A stretch of DNA of 57,935 nt, taken from IMG/VR virus record IMGVR_UViG_3300025575_000016, positions 1 to 57,935 of that record; one strand, given 5' to 3'. Origin of the DNA: a virus. Lineage: Duplodnaviria; Caudoviricetes. The notes beneath the pieces were generated by a model that was not told the origin of the DNA, made no database searches, and saw only the letters and a program-made list of their open reading frames with translations. The translations under genes and the position numbers were made by a program. Shown here piece after piece: positions 37,618 through 47,200 of this stretch; the stretch's first letter is position 1; each line of letters starts with the position of its first letter.

Positions 37618-38796
37618 TCAATACGTAGTTGCATCGCTTTGATAAACGTATAATCGAGAACAATTTAAAGTTTGTATCCCGTCCTTTTTCAAGTCTATGG
37701 AAATTTTTGTAACTAAGAATTTTCCAACTAAATTTAAGTCTGGTCTGTTTAATAAAATTACGGTATTCACATCGAGATTATAGATTGGAACGCATGTAAT
37801 CGTAACTGCTTCTGCTAAATAACTTCTAGTCCATAAAACCTTTTCTGCATGAGCTAAACATTCAGCATTGGTTGTATAGGTTGTTACTGTTTCTGAATAA
37901 GTTAATGTTTTTTCAGCATTTGTTATAGAAAATGGACTTAAGATATTGTTGTTTTGGATATGACAAAATGCTTGACCATAAGCATCGGTATACGTGCCAT
38001 ATATCCAAACATCGTTTAGAGGATTGTTAAAATTAGGTTGATTATCTATATCAATTATCATATTATTTACAGAAAAATCCCATGCAATTGAATCACTAGT
38101 TTTATCTTTTATAGCTTGATATATGAACATTGGTTGAGATGTTTCTGTACCAACACTGTAGAAATATTCCCAATTATCATATAATGTAGCAAGCTTATCA
38201 ATCATGGTCTGAACACTATCCGAATTACTACAATCTAGAACATATGGAATTGTAAGTATGTTTCCACTCGAATCACATATGTCATCCACCATAAAATTGG
38301 TTTCTCCATTATCGGTTAGAGTATTCCTAATTGCCTGGGATATAGGTTCTCCAACTGGTTTCTCAGTTTTAACAGCATTTGATAAGTAACCACCTCTTGT
38401 TCCATTGAGTAATCCCATATAATCCATTCCTGCTATACTAATTTCATAAGAAGTTTGACTTTTTTTAACATCTGGCTTATCGAAAAGATACCATCCCATG
38501 TGAAAATAAATTATTTTCTTAGTAAATATACTTTTAATTCCAACCGCAATTCTTACTTTAGTATTTATCCAGAAATATCCATTATAACCTGGAATATACT
38601 TAGGATCATTTATTACAAAATTTAAACTCGATAAACTTCTTCTAATGCTAGAAGAAGTAGAATCAATTGAAAGAGTCCCACCAATTAAATTTGCTTCTAT
38701 AGAATCTAAAAAATTATTATTGATATCATATATTTCTAATTTAACAAATTTCTGTTGAGTAGGTTGCATCAGAATGTTAATTTCTTCCTGTGTCAA
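37618..38796 (-). CDS. Tail/baseplate hub-like protein
   Basis: Position; SIDSTSSSIRRS, D.MGLLNGTRGG, PIYNLDVN motifs. Confidence 0.65.
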   Translation of the reverse strand: MTQEEINILMQPTQQKFVKLEIYDINNNFLDSIEANLIGGTLSIDSTSSSIRRSLSSLNFVINDPKYIPGYNGYFWINTKVRIAVGIKSIFTKKIIYFHMGWYLFDKPDVKKSQTSYEISIAGMDYMGLLNGTRGGYLSNAVKTEKPVGEPISQAIRNTLTDNGETNFMVDDICDSSGNILTIPYVLDCSNSDSVQTMIDKLATLYDNWEYFYSVGTETSQPMFIYQAIKDKTSDSIAWDFSVNNMIIDIDNQPNFNNPLNDVWIYGTYTDAYGQAFCHIQNNNILSPFSITNAEKTLTYSETVTTYTTNAECLAHAEKVLWTRSYLAEAVTITCVPIYNLDVNTVILLNRPDLNLVGKFLVTKISIDLKKDGIQTLNCSRLYVYQSDATTY

Positions 38797-38876
38797 ATTA
38801 TCTCACCTCCTTTTGGGGAAATAAAAAAGAACCTATATCTAAATAGCTTCATAAATATTATTTATATCATTGTTGT

Positions 38877-39809
38877 TTAATTGTCATCTGGAACTATATT
38901 TCCTAAATTCATTGATTGTAAAGTTTTAATATCTGTCTTTCCACATTCTATAAAATCAAAACTTACGTCTGAAATCCCACCATGTAATTCATTATTAGGA
39001 GTTTCAGTAGGATTTCCGTCAGTATTAACGCATAAATAACGACCTTGTCCATCCTTTAACATCTTAGGACAAAAATTTGTTATGAAATCTATAAAAGCAT
39101 CAGTTTGAATACGCTCATTTGCCAAATCAATTCCACTAATTCCCGTACCTAATCCATCCATAGAATCATCTGTTATAAGAGTATTTGTTATTTTACCAGT
39201 TCTATATTTTGTACTTCCATAAACTGTAATTGGAAACTGTGAACCAAGTGGTAAATAAGTACCCTTTGAAATATTTGTAGTAATTGCATCCCACTTAATA
39301 TCTTTATCTAAATGAAAATTACTATAATCATCAAATATAAATGTACCTGTGAAGGAAGGTAAAATTGTTGCAATTATCCAATCTCCTTGAATTCCACCTA
39401 TTGAGCATGGGACTAATGCATAATCCATTGATACATTACTAGCAATATATAAATCTTTAAAACTATATAATGATTGTGTATTTAGATAAGGGATAGTTAT
39501 TATTGGTTCCCATACTAAATCCGTAGTTTTCTTTCTCATATATAATAATGAAGTTACCGGAATACCTTTATTTTTAAGATTTCCTACTTCTAAACTACTA
39601 TTACTAAAATCTCCTAATGCTGTATTGTCATATTGCCATGTTTTTTGAATAGCTGAATAAATTACATCTGTATTTTTTCTTATAGACATTTGATCTACAA
39701 TACTACTCGCCATTTGAACTGAATTGATATTATTGACACATATCATATTCTCATTAAAATTTGAATACCCAAAAAAGTCTAAACCGCAAAATATGATACT
39801 CACCTCCAT
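38877..39809 (-). CDS. Minor tail protein
   Basis: Position in the tail module. Confidence 0.6.
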   Translation of the reverse strand: MEVSIIFCGLDFFGYSNFNENMICVNNINSVQMASSIVDQMSIRKNTDVIYSAIQKTWQYDNTALGDFSNSSLEVGNLKNKGIPVTSLLYMRKKTTDLVWEPIITIPYLNTQSLYSFKDLYIASNVSMDYALVPCSIGGIQGDWIIATILPSFTGTFIFDDYSNFHLDKDIKWDAITTNISKGTYLPLGSQFPITVYGSTKYRTGKITNTLITDDSMDGLGTGISGIDLANERIQTDAFIDFITNFCPKMLKDGQGRYLCVNTDGNPTETPNNELHGGISDVSFDFIECGKTDIKTLQSMNLGNIVPDDN

Positions 39810-39820
39810 TCTTTAAAATA

Positions 39821-40873
39821 TTAACTTGATATCTCATATTCTAAATTTAGATAATTTCCTATCTGCTGAAAGAATATATATAGTTTATTAATAGTTGTTA
39901 AATCAACTTCTTGTCCAAATATATTGTAACTACAAGTTCCGTTTGATGTAGTCTTAGTAGCATTTATACATTTGTTCCAACTTTTCCAACATAATTCAAT
40001 TTTACCTTGAGGACTTAATAAAGTTAGAAATGGTAAATCTAATGTAAAATCACTATTAAATAAATCTATTGTAAAATCAGAGAATATTGTCATACCTTCT
40101 GTATTCCCAAAATAAATCATGCCGTTAGTTAAATCTATAGAGTTACCCGTAAAAGATATCGTACCACTACCTGTTTTAGCTATGATTTGTATAGCATTTG
40201 AAGTTAATTGTATGCCTCCTATATCTGGTAAATTCTCTAAAAGTACTGTACCGGCAAATGTAGGAGCAATATATTGTGTATTAAAATAAACTATGTCAGT
40301 ATCAACATCTATACCCATTGCACTCATTGTATGTAAAGCAATTCCATATTTTGTGTTATTTATAAAATTAGTAAACTGATATTGGATTACATTACTTGGA
40401 CTATAAAATAGAGTAGGAGAAGATTGTAATAATATCCCATTGCTATCATACAAATAAAATTCATAAGTATTTATAGCTATTGATTGTGCTTGAGAGTATG
40501 AACCTATTGGAGAATAATTATTACTCGCTACAATCTGATTAGTTATTAAATTCGATAGTGATACTATTGGAGTATCTAAACATCTGAATATGGTTCCATC
40601 TGAAAAACTACTATAAACTCCACTTAAATTAAAATAAGCTACAGTTATTTTATATATAACGCCATTTTGTAACGTATTTGCAGGTATATCATGAGAAATT
40701 AAGAAACTTGTAACGATATTGTCATAAATTACTGTGTTTGTACTATTATTATAAATAATTATTCGATTTCCAAAACATTGGTCACTTGATGAATCTATAT
40801 TAAAATTTAATACATAATCCAAAGTTGAATCAAAGTTTGAAATATTAGTAATAGTAGGTTTTAAAACAGCCAT
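39821..40873 (-). CDS. Minor tail protein (FN3-like beta-rich)
   Basis: Position and composition. Confidence 0.6.
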   Translation of the reverse strand: MAVLKPTITNISNFDSTLDYVLNFNIDSSSDQCFGNRIIIYNNSTNTVIYDNIVTSFLISHDIPANTLQNGVIYKITVAYFNLSGVYSSFSDGTIFRCLDTPIVSLSNLITNQIVASNNYSPIGSYSQAQSIAINTYEFYLYDSNGILLQSSPTLFYSPSNVIQYQFTNFINNTKYGIALHTMSAMGIDVDTDIVYFNTQYIAPTFAGTVLLENLPDIGGIQLTSNAIQIIAKTGSGTISFTGNSIDLTNGMIYFGNTEGMTIFSDFTIDLFNSDFTLDLPFLTLLSPQGKIELCWKSWNKCINATKTTSNGTCSYNIFGQEVDLTTINKLYIFFQQIGNYLNLEYEISS

Positions 40874-40929
40874 TTTATCATTCTCCTTTCTGTTTTAAAT
40901 GAAAAGAGAATAGAAATTAATCTACTCTC

Positions 40930-41208
40930 TTAATATGGTTTTTGACACTTTATATATTTTTGTGAAAAATTCTGATTGGGGACTTCAATTAACACAATAT
41001 TTCCAGCAATATAGCTTGAAGCTGGCATTACTGTTCCCGGGATAGTATAATCAATCATATTCATTGTTACAGTGTATTGATTGTTTCCTAGGACAGTTTT
41101 TATGAGTCCTTCTATTGTACGATTATAAGGTTCTATTTTGCTTCTTGCATTATAATGATCTTCCATAGCACCATGCATTTCATCATGAATCATTGTAGTA
41201 ATGCTCAC
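40930..41208 (-). CDS. Small tail protein
   Basis: Directly downstream of the tape measure gene. Confidence 0.6.
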   Translation of the reverse strand: MSITTMIHDEMHGAMEDHYNARSKIEPYNRTIEGLIKTVLGNNQYTVTMNMIDYTIPGTVMPASSYIAGNIVLIEVPNQNFSQKYIKCQKPY

Positions 41209-41219
41209 AACTTCACCTC

Positions 41220-44200
41220 CTATAAAGATTTCTGTACTACAGAACTTCTTAATGATTTAATAGCATTTAATATTTCATCTGAACTTGTGACATCAGGGAA
41301 TGATAAATCTCCATAAGTATAGGTATTATGAATTATAGGTGTCTCTGAATTATTTATATTAGTAAGATTTATCTTATCCATAATACTTGCTATAGAAGTC
41401 AAAGCATTTGGGAGATATGTTACAAGTTCCCCATAATCCTGAGATTGAGTAGATGTCATTAATTCAATACTACTAATCAATGACGGAGCCAAAGATCCTA
41501 ACGTATTGATGTTACTAGTAATACTAGCTGTAGTAATACCATCACCATTATCTAATACTCTCATTTCTGTACCTAACTCGTTTACTTTTGCTAATCCTGC
41601 TTCCGCACTAATAGTTCCGTTAGCATATCCCCTATAGTTAGTACTAGTAGGATCATATATACTTCCTGTTACAACCGTATAGGAGCTATTACCACTTGCA
41701 TTAGTTACAGTTACGGTTCCATTAGAATTTTTAGTAACTGTATCACCTGAACTTGTAGTTGTGGTTCCTTTATTAGTTCCTGTGGTAGAGCCTGTTGTCG
41801 CTGTAGCTAGTTTTCCCATAGCTGTTGCTAATAATTCTACTGCATTTGCCAAAGTATTTGTCGTATTTTCGACTGCTGAAGCCATCTCATTTGTTAATTC
41901 AATCATGCTATTAGTATAAGTACTATACGCATTCGTTATATCACTAAAATTTGTAGCCAAAGTAATTCCACTTGCGCTATATTGAGCATTCAACTTATCT
42001 AATGCTGTTTGTAATTCTTCTTGAGTTTTATATACTCCATTTTCAGCATTAGTTGTAATTTGTTGTAGAGCAGCATAATATTTATTTTTATTATCTAAAT
42101 CTGTTTGTTGTGCATCTAAATCTGTTGTTTGTTGCCATGTAATCAAATCTACTTGTGCTTGTTGCAATGCCGTAGTTGCTGTATCAATTGTAGTTTGATC
42201 TGCTACATATTGAGTTCCCCAAGTTCCATCTGCATTTTTAACATCTAGCTTTTCACTTTTATTATTTTGAGCATTCTGTAAAGCTATTTGTGCTTCTGTA
42301 ACTGCTAATTCTTTGTCATACTTATCTAAATCTGTTTGTTTTAAAACACTTTGTTGTCCAAGCACATCTAATTTATTTAATTCAGATTGTAAAGAAGATT
42401 TATTTGCATCTGTAGTAGCATTACGAATATCAGCTTCAACTTTAGTTCTTCTTTCAGATATTTCTAAAGCTTCTTGTTGTCCACTTATATAAGTGGAATT
42501 ATATGTTTTTTGTGCATCAATTGCGTTTTGTGCATCCGCAGAACCTGTAGAACTACCAAATATAGTTGTTTGAGCTGCTGAATCTGCTGCATTTAAAGAT
42601 GTTGTTAATAATGCTTTAGCTTCGTCTGCCATTGATGATATTGAAGATTCTGTAGTTGCATTAACTGTATTTAACTGGTCATTATAACTTGTCCAACTAA
42701 CCGTTCCAACGTCTACACTATCACGCAATTTTAGCAATGATGCTGATTGACTCAATGATAAATCATACTGTGCCTGAGTATTAGCAAGCATAGAAGTTTG
42801 TAAACTACCTATATTTGTATAATCTTCAGGTTTCCATTTTTGTAATAGCGATTCCTTATTTTGTAATTCAGTATATGCATCTGTAAGACTTTTAACAGAA
42901 TCTGTCATTACTTTAATATTACCTGTGACTTTTATTGTTTCTAATTGTGCTATTGCATCTATTTTAGCTTGGGTAGTATCTTTGACTTTAGACACAACAT
43001 CATCGAGTATAGTTTGTTCATCTTTAGTTATTTTTCCATCTGCATTTATTTCGGTGTTTAAATCTGCATAACTCTTTGTAAGAACGCCTAATTTATCTGT
43101 TAAATTTTGTACGACATCAGTTTGATTTAAAACTTTGCCAGTATAATCTGATTCAAGTAAATTACTTCCCTTAGTTGTAATATCTTTTGATTTTATTTCA
43201 AGGTCATCTAATGCAGGAGTATTTTGTAATACAGCCAGCTTTTTATCTTTTTCAAGTTGAATTAATGCTTCTTTAGCATTTTCTTCATCTTGTAATTCTT
43301 TCCCATTATCAATTATTTGAGTTAAAGTTTTATGAACTTCAGCATTCATTTCTTTAACTTGTCCAGCAGTATATTTACCTGATGAGATTTCTTGTTTAAG
43401 ATACGCTACTCTATCAGCTATACTTTTTTTATCAAGAAGTGTTTGAGCATATTGTTGATCTGAAATTGCTAATTTTTGTTTAATTACTATTTTATCTGAC
43501 TCAGCCTGAGCTTGATAATTTTTATCCTTTACAGATAATTCTGGTGTGGTTTTGCCTCCTATCATGTCTATTTCTTTTTGATACTGTGAGCTTCTATCGG
43601 ACGCAGTAGATATTTTTTGGTCAAATGTAGCTACTTTATCTGTAACTTTTACATACATTTGTGTTTGAATTTGATTAGTAATATCTTTCTGTGTTGCTAA
43701 AGTTTCTTGTAATGTAACATTCATTGCTGTTTTTTGTGCTTGATTATATTTATTACTTTTTAATTCAGTAGCAATATAAGTTGATTTAGAATTTTCTAAT
43801 TTTAATTCTGCTCTCATTTGTGCTTCTATGTCACTATTTATTTTAACTTTTTGTGCATCTGTATTATTAGTGTCTTCTAAAGTAGATTTAAGAGTTGTTA
43901 ATTTTGTAGTTATTAAACTAATTTTATCATCAAACTCAGCAGAGGAAGATTGAAATATCTCATAGTTTATCTCTGATAATTGTTGCTGCAAATCAATCAA
44001 TGAAGATTTTTCTGAGGCTACTTTGGATAATAAACTATCTGCTCCAGAATCAGTTGGAGCAGTATATGCTGGACTTACAGTATCATAAGAACCAGTCGAG
44101 CTTGTACCTGATGATGCAGTACTATTTCCACCAGTTTTAGCCATATTCGCTTTTACTGTGTTTAAATAGGTATACGTAGTCGGGCCCGAGCCATTATATC

Positions 44201-47200
44201 CTCTAATAGCATCATTAACGTTGCCCTTTTGTTTAATTAAATCAGCCATATAGTGAGCCATACCGTTAATAGATGAAGTTGTATCATTGACATCAACCCC
44301 GTATGCTCTAGCTGTTGAAGGAATAAATTGTGCTATACCTTGGGCTCCTGCTGGACTTGTTCCACTAGCTTTAAAACTATTCTCTGTGAGTAACATTCCT
44401 GCTATTACATTAGCTGATACACCATATTTTTTTGCTGCTGCATTTATTACACCTCTATATTTTGTTGGAACAACAGAACTAAATCCACTAGCATCAGATG
44501 AAGTAGTAGTTGCTGCGGCAGCATTTGAAGCATTTGTTGAATTTGCATCTGCTATAGCTTTAGCTGAATTAGCTTTATCTACTGCAACTCCTGAAGCAGC
44601 TAACGATTTAGCATTTGCCTCGTTTACTTTAATATTTTTGTTAGTTAAATCTATTTCGTTTTGGATCAACTTAGCTTTAGCTAATAATCCTTTCCTATAA
44701 TCAGCCCCATCTTTATTTAAAGTATTTAATTGATTATCTTGTTTCTTCATTGTGTCAGATAAAGTTTGCATACTATCATCATAGGTTTTATTTGTTGCTG
44801 TGGCATTTGCTGTTTCCTTTGATAAAGCGACTTGTGCTGCCGTTAATGCTTCTGTTGCTTTGGTATCTGCTTCTTTAGCTGCTGTATTTGCCTCTGTCGA
44901 TGTAGTGTTGCTAGTAACACCTAATGTATTATCATTTAATGTACTCGTTAATGTAGCTAAACTAGCTTTTAATTTATCCACATTTGCTATTGCTACTCCA
45001 TAAGCCTTTACATCTTTATCTATAGCAGCTTTGTTTGCTGCCTGTTGTGCTACTTTAAGTTTGCTAGCAGTGGCTATTGCAGCACCTTTAGTGTCATGGA
45101 TATCATCTCCACTTGATGTAGATGATTTTTGAAATGTTGTTAGTGTGCTGTCTACTGTTATATTATTTGCGGCTGCTTTAGCGTCTGCTAAATCTTTAAT
45201 GCCTTTAATTTCTACTCCATAGGATTTAAGTCTTGTTAATGTTGAATCTACTACTTGTTGTGCTGAAGTAATTTCTACTTGCATTGAATCCGTTGCTGTT
45301 TTAATACTTGCTGTTCTCAATGTTTCTAATGCCGAAGCTTCAATGGTATATCCACCCGTCGTCGTTTTAACTGCACTTGTTAGTTCTGGATATTTTGTAG
45401 TTAAATCTGTTATCTCATCCGCACTAAAAACATGACCTTTATTTACTTGTGAAATTGTTGTATTTATATCTGCTAGAGCTGTTTTGGCAGTTGAAACTGC
45501 TCCAGTCATATTAGTCATTGAAGTTGCATAATCTTTAAAAGTTACTTCAGCTGCTTTTGTTGATGTGATTGTACCATTTAAAGCATTTTTTTCACCTGTA
45601 AGTAGTGTCGTAAATAAAGCAATCTCATCTGCTGGAAGATGTAATTTTTTAGCGGCCTCCTGATAAACATCCATGCTTTTAGCTTGTGCTTTAATTTCTG
45701 CATCTGTATGAGTAGATTTGCTGTTATATTTATCCATAGATGCTGTGAATGCTTTATATGGATCTATATCAGCTAATTTTTGTAGATTAACTATAGAACT
45801 GTTTGAATACTGTGTTATATCATTGAAACTTGCACCTTTCTTTTCCATTGCATCAATTTGTTTATTTAACAACGTTATTGAATTTTGATTTACCCCATTT
45901 TGTTGTGCATTTTTTGTAGTATAACTTGTTAAAGCAGCATTCATGCCTAGTAATGCACCTTGAGCTTCATTTAATTTTGATTTATAACTAACTAATTGAG
46001 TATTAGCATCTTTAAGTACACCTACTCCAGCCTGGTCATCAGTTAAAGTTTCACCTCTATTGATAGGAGCTGTTTTATAGTCAGCTACCGCTGTTTCATA
46101 TGTTGCCCCTCTCCCTGATGCTATTGATTCTGTTTTAGTTACCATATTCTGATAATAAGAAGCATCTTTTTGTTTGTTATCATAATTATCTTGAACATTA
46201 TCTTTAATGTCTTTATTAATTGCGACCATTTCTTTAGCAGCAGCTAACTTTGTTAATTCTGCTGTTTGTTCTTTGAGAGATAACGTCTCATCATTGATAA
46301 CTTTTGAAGAACCGGGAACTGTATTAATTAAATTTTGAGTTGCTTTAGTTAATCTATCTTTCTCGTCAGAAGTTAATTTTGTTTTATTAGCAAGCTCTGC
46401 ATAATCAGATAAAGATGTATTAATTCCATCTGATTCAGTTTTTAATGCATCATTTGCACTAGTGATATTTTGGGCTAAATCTTTCTGAGCTTGTACGTGT
46501 TTCATAATTGCAGAAATAATAAGTGTTACAGCAATTACTCCACCACCTATAGCTAAATTCATGATTAAAGCTGATGCTGCTACTGACTTTTGAGACATAT
46601 TTAAAGCTTCATCAGATGCTGCTTTACCTCTATCACTTACAATTGCAGTATTCATTTCAGTAGTCGTTTGTGCCAATACAATATTATATTGTTCTTGTGT
46701 TAATATCTTTTGATTTAATATAACGTTGGCTTCTTCTTGAGTTGTTGTACCAGCTAAAACTGCCGCAGCAGTACTCTCTTCTAACGCTATTCGTCTGGTC
46801 ATGGCTAAATTATATTCATACTCAGTTATTAGTCCAGCTTCTTTTTGAGCAAGTAACTCTTCTTGGGTAAACATCTGTTGAAGAAGCTCTGCTTTATATC
46901 CTTGTTGTGATAAAGTTCCAGCGGCAACCTCGATATTTAATAATCTTTGCACTTCTTTTCCAGCCACTAGTCTTGCATCTAATACTCCTTGTGCTGCACT
47001 CATAGTGTTTGTAGAAGTTGCAGCAATTCCTAACTTTTCTCCCACTCCTGCTAAAATAACACCAGATTCCTTAGCTGTAATATTACCTGCTAATATTTGT
47101 GCTTCTAAAGATTTCGATGCAGCTTCATATGATTTGGTAGCCATTGTTGCTCCACCAATATTAAATCCTTTACCAAACAGACTAAAGGATTTATTCATTC